64,000 bases of DNA from Nemertoderma westbladi (lineage: Eukaryota; Animalia; Xenacoelomorpha). Of the stretch, positions 24,401 through 36,400 are shown piece after piece (position 1 is the first letter of the stretch; the number at the start of each line of letters is the position of its first letter). The notes under the pieces are model-generated. The model made no database searches, was not told the origin of the DNA, and saw only the letters and a program-made list of their open reading frames with translations. Both the position numbers and the translations under genes were made by a program. The stretch covers positions 1 through 64,000 of the forward strand of contig JAUCBJ010001142.1 of NCBI GenBank assembly GCA_032718475.1, read 5' to 3'.

Positions 24401-27400
24401 TGGTTAGGAATTAGTCAAACTAGCCTGTGAGGTGCGTAGCAGTAGGGTTAGGAATTAATCACACTAGCCTGTGAGGTGCGTAGCAGTAGGGTTAGGAATT
24501 AGTCTCACTAGCCTGGGAGGTGCGCAGCAGTAGGGTTAGGAATTAGTCACACTAGCCTGGGAGGTGCGTAGCAGTAGGGTTAGGAATTAGTCAAACTAGC
24601 CTGTGAGGTGCGTAGCAGTTGGGTTAGGAATTAGTCACACTAGCCTGTGAGGTGCGTAGCAGTAGGGTTAGGAATTAGTCTCACTAGCCTGTGAGGTGCG
24701 TAGCAGTAGGGTTAGGAATTAGTCTCACTAGCCTGGGAGGTGCGCAGCAGTAGGGTTAGGAATTAGTCACACTAGCCTGGGAGGTGCGTAGCAGTAGGGT
24801 TAGGAATTAGTCAAACTAGCCTGTGAGGTGCGTAGCAGTTGGGTTAGGAATTAGTCACACTAGCCTGTGAGGTGCGTAGCAGTAGGGTTAGGAATTAGTC
24901 TCACTAGCCTGTGAGGTGCGTAGCAGTAGGGTTAGGAATTAGTCTCACTAGCCTGGGAGGTGCGCAGCAGTAGGGTTAGGAATTAGTCAAACTAGCCTGT
25001 GAGGTGCGTAGCATTTGGGTTAGGAATTAGTCACACTAGCCTGTGAGGTGCGTAGCAGTAGGGTTAGGAATTAGTCACACTAGCCTGTGAGGTGCGTAGC
25101 AGTAGGGTTAGGAATTAGTCTCACTAGCCTGTGAGGTGCGTAGCAGTAGGGTTAGGAATTAGTCACATTAGCCTGGGAGGTGCGTAGCAGTAGGGTTAGG
25201 AATTAGTCAAACTAGCCTGTGAGGTGCGTAGCAGTAGGGTTAGGAATTAATCACACTAGCCTGTGAGGTGCGTAGCAGTAGGGTTATGAATTAGTCACAC
25301 TAGCCTGGGAGGTGCGTAGCAGTAGGGTTAGGAATTAGTCTCACTAGCCTGTGAGGTGCGTAGCAGTTGGATTAGGAATTAGTCTCACTAGCTTGGGAGG
25401 TGCGCAGCAGTAGGGTTAGGAATTAGTCAAACTAGCCTGTGAGGTGCGTAGCAGTTGGGTTAGGAATTAGTCACACTAGCCTGTGAGGTGCGTAGCAGTA
25501 GGGTTAGGAATTAGTCACACTAGCCTTTGAGGTGCGTAGCAGTAGGGTTAGGAATTAGTCAAACTAGCCTGTGAGGTGCGTAGCAGTTGGGTTAGGAATT
25601 AGTCAAACTAGCCTGGGAGGTGCGTAGCAGTAGGGTTAGGAATTAGTCAAACTAGCCTGTGAGGTGCGTAGCAGTAGGGTTAGGAATTAGTCACACTAGC
25701 CTGGGAGGTGCGTAGCAGTTGGGTTAGGAATTAGTCAAACTAGCCTGGGAGGTGCGTAGCAGTAGGGTTAGGAATAAGTCACACTAGCCTGGGAGGTGGG
25801 TAGCAGTAGGGTTAGGAATTAATCACACTAGCCTGTGAGATGCGTAGCAGTTGGGTTAGGAATTAGTCAAACTAGCCTGGGAGGTGCGTAGCAGTAGGGT
25901 TGGAATTAGTCAAACTAGCCTGTGAGGTGCGTAGCAGTTGGGTTAGGAATTAGTCAAACTAGCCTGTGAGGTGCGTAGCAGTTGGGTTAGGAATTAGTCA
26001 AACTAGCCTGTGAGGTGCGTAGCAGTTGGGTTAGGAATTAGTCAAACTAGCCTGTGAGGTGCGTAGCAGTTGGGTTAGGAATTAGTCAAACTAGCCTGTG
26101 AGGTGCGTAGCAGTTGGGTTAGGAATTAGTCACACTAGCCTGTGAGGTGCGTAGCAGTAGGGTTAGGAATTAGTCTCACTAGCCTGGGAGGTGCGCAGCA
26201 GTAGGGTTAGGAATTAGTCACACTAGCCTGGGAGGTGCGTAGCAGTAGGGTTAGGAATTAGTCAAACTAGCCTGTGAGGTGCGTAGCAGTTGGGTTAGGA
26301 ATTAGTCACACTAGCCTGTGAGGTGCGTAGCAGTAGGGTTAGGAATTAGTCTCACTAGCCTGGGAGGTGCGCAGCAGTAGGGTTAGGAATTAGTCACACT
26401 AGCCTGGGAGGTGCGTAGCAGTAGGGTTAGGAATTAGTCAAACTAGCCTGTGAGGTGCGTAGCAGTTGGGTTAGGAATTAGTCACACTAGCCTGTGAGGT
26501 GCGTAGCAGTAGGGTTAGGAATTAGTCTCACTAGCCTGTGAGGTGCGTAGCAGTAGGGTTAGGAATTAGTCTCACTAGCCTGGGAGGTGCGCAGCAGTAG
26601 GGTTAGGAATTAGTCACACTAGCCTGGGAGGTGCGTAGCAGTAGGGTTAGGAATTAGTCAAACTAGCCTGTGAGGTGCGTAGCAGTTGGGTTAGGAATTA
26701 GTCACACTAGCCTGTGAGGTGCGTAGCAGTAGGGTTAGGAATTAGTCACACTAGCCTGTGAGGTGCGTAGCAGTAGGGTTAGGAATTAGTCTCACTAGCC
26801 TGTGAGGTGCGTAGCAGTAGGGTTAGGAATTAGTCACATTAGCCTGGGAGGTGCGTAGCAGTAGGGTTAGGAATTAGTCAAACTAGCCTGTGAGGTGCGT
26901 AGCAGTAGGGTTAGGAATTAATCACACTAGCCTGTGAGGTGCGTAGCAGTAGGGTTATGAATTAGTCACACTAGCCTGGGAGGTGCGTAGCAGTAGGGTT
27001 AGGAATTAGTCTCACTAGCCTGTGAGGTGCGTAGCAGTTGGGTTAGGAATTAGTCTCACTAGCCTGGGAGGTGCGTAGCAGTAGGGTTAGGAATTAATCA
27101 CACTAGCCTGGGAGGTGCATAGTAGGTGGGTTAGGAATTAGTCAAACTAGCCTGTGAGGTGCGTAGCAGTAGGGTTAGGAATTAATCACACTAGCCTGTG
27201 AGGTGCGTAGCAGTAGGATTAGGAATTAGTCACACTAGCCTGTGAGGTGCGTAGCAGTAGGGTTAGGAATTAGTCACACTAGCCTGTGAGGTGCGTAGCA
27301 GTTGGGTTAGGAAATAGTCACACTAGTCTGGGAGGTGCGTAGCAGTTTGGTTAGGAATTAGTCAAACTAGCCTGTGAGGTGCGTAGCAGTAGGGTTAGGA

Positions 27401-30400
27401 ATTAATCACACTAGCCTGTGAGGTGCGTAGCAGTAGGGTTAGGAATTAGTCTCACTAGCCTGGGAGGTGCGCAGCAGTAGGGTTAGGAATTAGTCACACT
27501 AGCCTGGGAGGTGCGTAGCAGTAGGGTTAGGAATTAGTCAAACTAGCCTGTGAGGTGCGTAGCAGTTGGGTTAGGAATTAGTCACACTAGCCTGTGAGGT
27601 GCGTAGCAGTAGGGTTAGGAATTAGTCTCACTAGCCTGTGAGGTGCGTAGCAGTAGGGTTAGGAATTAGTCTCACTAGCCTGGGAGGTGCGCAGCAGTAG
27701 GGTTAGGAATTAGTCACACTAGCCTGGGAGGTGCGTAGCAGTAGGGTTAGGAATTAGTCAAACTAGCCTGTGAGGTGCGTAGCAGTTGGGTTAGGAATTA
27801 GTCACACTAGCCTGTGAGGTGCGTAGCAGTAGGGTTAGGAATTAGTCTCACTAGCCTGTGAGGTGCGTAGCAGTAGGGTTAGGAATTAGTCTCACTAGCC
27901 TGGGAGGTGCGCAGCAGTAGGGTTAGGAATTAGTCAAACTAGCCTGTGAGGTGCGTAGCAGTTGGGTTAGGAATTAGTCACACTAGCCTGTGAGGTGCGT
28001 AGCAGTAGGGTTAGGAATTAGTCACACTAGCCTGTGAGGTGCGTAGCAGTAGGGTTAGGAATTAGTCTCACTAGCCTGTGAGGTGCGTAGCAGTAGGGTT
28101 AGGAATTAGTCACATTAGCCTGGGAGGTGCGTAGCAGTAGGGTTAGGAATTAGTCAAACTAGCCTGTGAGGTGCGTAGCAGTAGGGTTAGGAATTAATCA
28201 CACTAGCCTGTGAGGTGCGTAGCAGTAGGGTTATGAATTAGTCACACTAGCCTGGGAGGTGCGTAGCAGTAGGGTTAGGAATTAGTCTCACTAGCCTGTG
28301 AGGTGCGTAGCAGTTGGATTAGGAATTAGTCTCACTAGCTTGGGAGGTGCGCAGCAGTAGGGTTAGGAATTAGTCAAACTAGCCTGTGAGGTGCGTAGCA
28401 GTTGGGTTAGGAATTAGTCACACTAGCCTGTGAGGTGCGTAGCAGTAGGGTTAGGAATTAGTCACACTAGCCTGTGAGGTGCGTAGCAGTAGGGTTAGGA
28501 ATTAGTCTCACTAGCCTGTGAGGTGCGTAGCAGTAGGGTTAGGAATTAGTCACATTAGCCTGGGAGGTGCGTAGCAGTAGGGTTAGGAATTAGTCAAACT
28601 AGCCTGTGAGGTGCGTAGCAGTAGGGTTAGGAATTAATCACACTAGCCTGTGAGGTGCGTAGCAGTAGGGTTATGAATTAGTCACACTAGCCTGGGAGGT
28701 GCGTAGCAGTAGGGTTAGGAATTAGTCTCACTAGCCTGTGAGGTGCGTAGCAGTTGGGTTAGGAATTAGTCTCACTAGCCTGGGAGGTGCGCAGCAGTAG
28801 GGTTAGGAATTAGTCAAACTAGCCTGTGAGGTGCGTAGCAGTTGGGTTAGGAATTAGTCACACTAGCCTGTGAGGTGCGTAGCAGTAGGGTTAGGAATTA
28901 GTCTCACTAGCCTGTGAGGTGCGTAGCAGTAGGGTTAGGAATTAGTCTCACTAGCCTGGGAGGTGCGCAGCAGTAGGGTTAGGAATTAGTCAAACTAGCC
29001 TGTGAGGTGCGTAGCAGTTGGGTTAGGTATTAGTCACACTAGCCTGTGAGGTGCGTAGCAGTAGGGTTAGGAATTAGTCACACTAGCCTGTGAGGTGCGT
29101 AGCAGTAGGGTTAGGAATTAGTCTCACTAGCCTGTGAGGTGCGTAGCAGTAGGGTTAGGAATTAGTCACATTAGCCTGGGAGGTGCGTAGCAGTAGGGTT
29201 AGGAATTAGTCAAACTAGCCTGTGAGGTGCGTAGCAGTAGGGTTAGGAATTAATCACACTAGCCTGGGAGGTGTGTAGCAGTAGGGTTAGGAATTAGTCA
29301 CACTAGCCTGGGAGGTGCGTAGCAGTAGGGTTAGGAATTAGTCAAACTAGCCTGTGAGGTGCGTAGCAGTAGGGTTAGGAATTAATCACACTAGCCTGGG
29401 AGGTGTGTAGCAGTAGGGTTAGGAATTAGTCACACTAGCCAGTGAGATGCGTAGCAGTAGGGTTAGGAATTAGTCACACTAGCCTGTGAGGTGCGTAGCA
29501 GTAGGGCTAGGAATTAGTCACACTAGCCTGTGAGGTGCGTAGCAGTAGGGTTAGGAATTAGTCTCACTAGCCTGTGAGGTGCGTAGCAGTAGGGTTAGGA
29601 ATTAGTCACATTAGCCTGGGAGGTGCGTAGCAGTAGGGTTAGGAATTAATCACACTAGCCTGGGAGGTGCGTAGCAGTAGGGTTAGGAATTAGTCACTCT
29701 AGCCTAGGAGGTGCGTAGCAGTAGGGTTAGGAATTAGTCACTCTAGCCTGTGAGGTGCGTAGCAGTAGGGTTAGGAATTAGTCACATTAGCCTGTGAGGT
29801 GCGTAGCAGTAGGGTTAGGAATTAGTCACACTAGCCTGTGAGGTGCGTAGCAGTAGGGTTAGGAATTAGTCACACTAGCCAGTGAGATGCGTAGCAGTAG
29901 GGTTAGGAATTAGTCACACTAGCCTGTGAGGTGCGTAGCAGTAGGGTTAGGAATTAGTCACACTAGCCTGTGAGGTGCGTAGCAGTAGGGTTAGGAATTA
30001 GTCAAACTAGCCTGTGAGGTGCGTAGCAGTAGGGTTAGGAATTAATCACACTAGCCTGGGAGGTGTGTAGCAGTAGGGTTAGGAATTAGTCACACTAGCC
30101 AGTGAGATGCGTAGCAGTAGGGTTAGGAATTAGTCACACTAGCCTGTGAGGTGCGTAGCAGTAGGGTTAGGAATTAGTCACACTAGCCAGTGAGATGCGT
30201 AGCAGTAGGGTTAGGAATTAATCACACTAGCGTGGGAGGTGCATAGTATGTGGGTTAGGAATTAGTCAAACTAGCCTGTGAGGTGCGTAGCAGTAGGGTT
30301 AGGAATTAGTCAAACTAGCCTGTGAGGTGCGTAGCAGTAGGGTTAGGAATTAATCACACTAGCCTGGGAGGTGTGTAGCAGTAGGGTTAGGAATTAGTCA

Positions 30401-33400
30401 CACTAGCCAGTGAGATGCGTAGCAGTAGGGTTAGGAATTAGTCACACTAGCCTGTGAGGTGCGTAGCAGTAGGGTTAGGAATTAGTCACACTAGCCTGTG
30501 AGGTGCGTAGCAGTAGGGTTAGGAATTAGTCTCACTAGCCTGTGAGGTGCGTAGCAGTAGGGTTAGGAATTAGTCAAACTAGCCTGTGAGGTGCGTAGCA
30601 GTTGGGTTAGGAATTAGTCACACTAGCCTGTGAGGTGCGTAGCAGTAGGGTTAGGAATTAGTCTCACTAGCCTGGGAGGTGCGCAGCAGTAGGGTTAGGA
30701 ATTAGTCAAACTAGCCTGTGAGGTGCGTAGCAGTTGGGTTAGGAATTAGTCACACTAGCCTGTGAGGTGCGTAGCAGTAGGGTTAGGAATTAGTCACACT
30801 AGCCTGTGAGGTGCGTAGCAGTAGGGTTAGGAATTAGTCTCACTAGCCTGTGAGGTGCGTAGCAGTAGGGTTAGGAATTAGTCACATTAGCCTGGGAGGT
30901 GCGTAGCAGTAGGGTTAGGAATTAGTCAAACTAGCCTGTGAGGTGCGTAGCAGTAGGGTTAGGAATTAATCACACTAGCCTGGGAGGTGTGTAGCAGTAG
31001 GGTTAGGAATTAGTCACACTAGCCTGGGAGGTGCGTAGCAGTAGGGTTAGGAATTAGTCAAACTAGCCTGTGAGGTGCGTAGCAGTAGGGTTAGGAATTA
31101 ATCACACTAGCCTGGGAGGTGTGTAGCAGTAGGGTTAGGAATTAGTCACACTAGCCAGTGAGATGCGTAGCAGTAGGGTTAGGAATTAGTCACACTAGCC
31201 TGTGAGGTGCGTAGCAGTAGGGTTAGGAATTAGTCACACTAGCCTGTGAGGTGCGTAGCAGTAGGGTTAGGAATTAGTCTCACTAGCCTGTGAGGTGCGT
31301 AGCAGTAGGGTTAGGAATTAGTCACATTAGCCTGGGAGGTGCGTAGCAGTAGGGTTAGGAATTAATCACACTAGCCTGGGAGGTGCGTAGCAGTAGGGTT
31401 AGGAATTAGTCACTCTAGCCTAGGAGGTGCGTAGCAGTAGGGTTAGGAATTAGTCACTCTAGCCTGTGAGGTGCGTAGCAGTAGGGTTAGGAATTAGTCA
31501 CACTAGCCTGTGAGGTGCGTAGCAGTAGGGTTAGGAACTAGTCACACTAGCCAGTGAGATGCGTAGCAGTAGGGTTAGGAATTAGTTACACTAGCCTGTG
31601 AGGTGCGTAGCAGTAGGGTTAGGAATTAGTCACACTAGCCTGTGAGGTGCGTAGCAGTAGGGTTAGGAATTAGTCAAACTAGCCTGTGAGGTGCGTAGCA
31701 GTAGGGTTAGGAATTAATCACACTAGCCTGGGAGGTGTGTAGCAGTAGGGTTAGGAATTAGTCACACTAGCCAGTGAGATGCGTAGCAGTAGGGTTAGGA
31801 ATTAGTCACACTAGCCTGTGAGGTGCGTAGCAGTAGGGTTAGGAATTAGTCACACTAGCCAGTGAGATGCGTAGCAGTAGGGTTAGGAATTAATCACACT
31901 AGCCTGGGAGGTGCATAGTAGGTGGGTTAGGAATTAGTCAAACTAGCCTGTGAGGTGCGTAGCAGTAGGGTTAGGAATTAATCACACTAGCCTGGGAGGT
32001 GCATAGTAGGTGGGTTAGGAACTAGTCACACTAGCCAGTGAGATGCGTAGCAGTAGGGTTGGGAATTAGTTACACTAGCCTGTGAGGTGCGTAGCAGTAG
32101 GGTTAGGAATTAGTCACACTAGCCTGTGAGGTGCGTAGCAGTAGGGTTAGGAATTAGTCACATTAGCCTGTGAGGTGCGTAGCAGTAGGGTTAGGAATTA
32201 GTCACACTAGCCTGTGAGGTGCGTAGCAGTAGGGTTAGGAACTAGTCACACTAGCCAGTGAGATGCGTAGCAGTAGGGTTAGGAATTAGTTACACTAGCC
32301 TGTGAGGTGCGTAGCAGTAGGGTTAGGAATTAGTCACACTAGCCTGTGAGGTGCGTAGCAGTAGGGTTAGGAATTAGTCAAACTAGCCTGTGAGGTGCGT
32401 AGCAGTAGGGTTAGGAATTAATCACACTAGCCTGGGAGGTGTGTAGCAGTAGGGTTAGGAATTAGTCACACTAGCCAGTGAGATGCGTAGCAGTAGGGTT
32501 AGGAATTAGTCACACTAGCCTGTGAGGTGCGTAGCAGTAGGGTTAGGAATTAGTCACACTAGCCAGTGAGATGCGTAGCAGTAGGGTTAGGAATTAATCA
32601 CACTAGCCTGGGAGGTGCATAGTAGGTGGGTTAGGAATTAGTCAAACTAGCCTGTGAGGTGCGTAGCAGTAGGGTTAGGAATTAATCACACTAGCCTGGG
32701 AGGTGCATAGTAGGTGGGTTAGGAATTAGTCAAACTAGCCTGTGAGGTGCGTAGCAGTAGGGTTAGGAATTAATGACACTAGCCTGGGAGGTGCATAGTA
32801 GGTGGGTTAGGAATTAGTCAAACTAGCCTGTGAGGTGAGTAGCAGTAGGGTTAGGAATTAATCACACTAGCCTGTGAGGTGCGTAGCAGTAGGATTAGGA
32901 ATTAGTCACACTAGCCTGTGAGGTGCGTAGCAGTAGGGTTAGGAATTAGTCACACTAGCCTGTGAGGTGCGTAGCAGTTGGGTTAGGAAATAGTCACACT
33001 AGTCTGGGAGGTGCGTAGCAGTTTGGTTAGGAATTAGTCAAACTAGCCTGTGAGGTGCGTAGCAGTAGGGTTAGGAATTAATCACACTAGCCTGGGAGGT
33101 GCATAGTAGGTGGGTTAGGAATTAGTCAAACTAGCCTGTGAGGTGCGTAGCAGTAGGGTTAGGAATTAATCACACTAGCCTGGGAGGTGTGTAGCAGTAG
33201 GGTTAGGAATTAGTCACACTAGCCAGTGAGATGCGTAGCAGTAGGGTTAGGAATTAGTCACACTAGCCTGTGAGGTGCGTAGCAGTAGGGTTAGGAATTA
33301 ATCACACTAGCCTGTGAGGTGCATAGAAGGTGGGTTATAACCCACCTTCTATGCACCTCACAGGCTAGTTTGATTAATTCCTATAGGAATTAATCAAACT

Positions 33401-36400
33401 AGCCTGTGAGGTGCATAGAAGGTGGGTTAGGAATTAGTCAAACTAGCCTGTGAGGTGCGTAGCAGTAGGGTTAGGAATTAATCACACTAGCCTGTGAGGT
33501 GCGTAGCAGTAGGGTTAGGAATTAGTCACACTAGCCTGTGAGGTGCGTAGCAGTAGGGTTAGGAATTAGTCACACTAGCCTGTGAGGTGCGTAGCAGTAG
33601 GGTTAGGAATTAGTCTCACTAGCCTGTGAGGTGCGTAGCAGTAGGGTTAGGAATTAATCACACTAGCCTGTGAGGTGCGTAGCAGTAGGGTTAGGAATTA
33701 GTCACACTAGCCTGTGAGGTGCGTAGCAGTAGGGTTAGGAATTAGTCACACTAGCCTGTGAGGTGCGTAGCAGTAGGGTTAGTAATTAATCACACTAGCC
33801 TGGGAGGTGCATAGTAGGTGGGTTAGGAATTAGTCAAACTAGCCTGTGAGGTGCGTAGCAGTAGGGTTAGGAATTAGTCACATTAGCCTGTGAGGTGCGT
33901 AGCAGTAGGGTTAGGAATTAGTCTCACTAGCCTAGGAGGTGCGTAGCAGTAGGCCTAGGGTTAGGAATTAATAACACTAGCCTGTGAGGTGCATAGAAGG
34001 TGGGTTAGGAATTAGTCAAACTAGCCTGTGAGATGCGTAGCAGTAGGGTTAGGAATTAATCACACTAGCCTGTGAGGTGCGTAGCAGTAGGGTTAGGAAT
34101 TAGTCACACTAGCCTGTGAGGTGCGTAGCAGTAGGGTTAGGAATTAGTCACACTAGCCTGTGAGGTGCGTAGCAGTAGGGTTTGGAATTAGTCTCACTAG
34201 CCTGTGAGGTGCGTAGCAGTAGGGTTAGGAATTAATCACACTAGCCTGTGAGGTGCGTAGCAGTAGGGTTAGGAATTAGTCATACTAGCCTGTGAGGTGC
34301 GTAGCAGTAGGGTTAGGAATTAGTCACACTAGCCTGTGAGGTGCGTAGCAGTAGGGTTAGGAATTAATCACACTAGCCTGGGAGGTGCATAGTAGGTGGG
34401 TTAGGAATTAGTAAAACTAGCCTGTGAGGTGCGTAGCAGTAGGGTTAGGAATTAATCACACTAGCCTGGGAGGTGCATAGTAGGTGGGTTAGGAATTAGT
34501 CAAACTAGCCTGTGAGGTGCGTAGCAGTAGGGTTAGGAATTAATCACACTAGCCTGTGAGGTGCGTAGCAGTTGGGTTAGGAAATAGTCACACTAGTCTG
34601 GGAGGTGCGTAGCAGTTTGGTTAGGAATTAGTCAAACTAGCCTGTGAGGTGCGTAGCAGTAGGGTTAGGAATTAATCACACTAGCCTGGGAGGTGCATAG
34701 TAGGTGGGTTAGGAATTAGTCAAACTAGCCTGTGAGGTGCGTAGCAGTAAGGTTAGGAATTAATCACACTAGCCTGGGAGGTGTGTAGCAGTAGGGTTAG
34801 GAATTAGTCACACTAGCCAGTGAGATGCGTAGCAGTAGGGTTAGGAATTAGTCACACTAGCCTGTGAGGTGCGTAGCAGTAGGGTTAGGAATTAATCACA
34901 CTAGTCTGTGAGGTGCATAGAAGGTGGGTTAGGAATTAATCAAACTAGCCTGTGAGGTGCATAGAAGGTGGGTTAGGAATTAGTCAAACTAGCCTGTGAG
35001 GTGCGTAGCAGTAGGGTTAGGAATTAATCACACTAGCCTGTGAGGTGCGTAGCAGTAGGGTTAGGAATTAGTCACACTAGCCTGTGAGGTGCGTAGCAGT
35101 AGGGTTAGGAATTAGTCACACTAGCCTGTGAGGTGCGTAGCAGTAGGGTTAGGAATTAGTCTCACTAGCCTGTGAGGTGCGTAGCAGTAGGGTTAGGAAT
35201 TAATCACACTAGCCTGTGAGGTGCGTAGCAGTAGGGTTAGGAATTAGTCACACTAGCCTGTGAGGTGCGTAGCAGTAGGGTTAGGAATTAGTCACACTAG
35301 CCTGTGAGGTGCGTAGCAGTAGGGTTAGGAATTAATCACACTAGCCTGGGAGGTGCATAGTAGGTGGGTTAGGAATTAGTCAAACTAGCCTGTGAGGTGC
35401 ATAGCAGTAGGGTTAGGAATTAGTCACATTAGCCTGTGAGGTGCGTAGCAGTAGGGTTAGGAATTAGTCTCACTAGCCTAGGAGGTGCGTAGCAGTAGGC
35501 CTAGGGTTAGGAATTAATCACACTAGCCTGTGAGGTGCATAGAAGGTGGGTTAGGAATTAGTCAAACTAGCCTGTGAGGTGCGTAGCAGTAGGGTTAGGA
35601 ATTAGTCACACTATCCTGTGAGGTGCGTAGCAGTAGGGTTAGGAATTAATCACACTAGCCTGTGAGGTGCGTAGCAGTAGGGTTAGGAATTAGTCACACT
35701 AGCCTGTGAGGTGCGTAGCAGTAGGGTTAGGAATTAATCACACTAGCCTGTGAGGTGCATAGAAGGTGGGTTAGGAATTAGTCTCACTAGCCTGGGAGGT
35801 GCATAGTAGGTGGGTTAGGAATTAGTCAAAATAGCCTGTGAGGTGCGTAGCAGTAGGGTTAGGAATTAATCACATTAGCCTGTGAGGTGCGTAGCAGTTG
35901 GGTTAGGAATTAATCACACTAGCCTGTGAGGTGCATAGAAGGTGGGTTTAGTCAAACTAGCCTGTGAGGTGCGTAGCAGTAGGGTTAGGAATTAATCACA
36001 CTAGCCTGTGAGGTGCGTAGCAGTAGGGTTAGGAATTAGTCTCACTAGCCTGGGAGGTGCATAGTAGGTGGGTTAGGAATTAGTCAAACTAGCCTGTGAG
36101 GTGCGTAGCAGTAGGGTTAGGAATTAATCACACTAGCCTGTGAGGTGCGTAGCAGTAGGGTTAGGAATTAATCACACTAGCCTGTGAGGTGCATAGAAGG
36201 TGGGTTAGGAATTTGTCAAACTAGCCTGTGAGGTGCGTAGCAGTAGGGTTAGGAATTAGTCACACTAGCCTGTGAGGTGCGTAGCAGTAGGGTTAGGAAT
36301 TAATCACACTAGCCTGTGAGGTGCGTAGCAGTAGGGTTAGGAATTAGTCAAACTAGCCTGTGAGGTGCGTAGCAGTAGGGTTAGGAATTAATCACACTAG

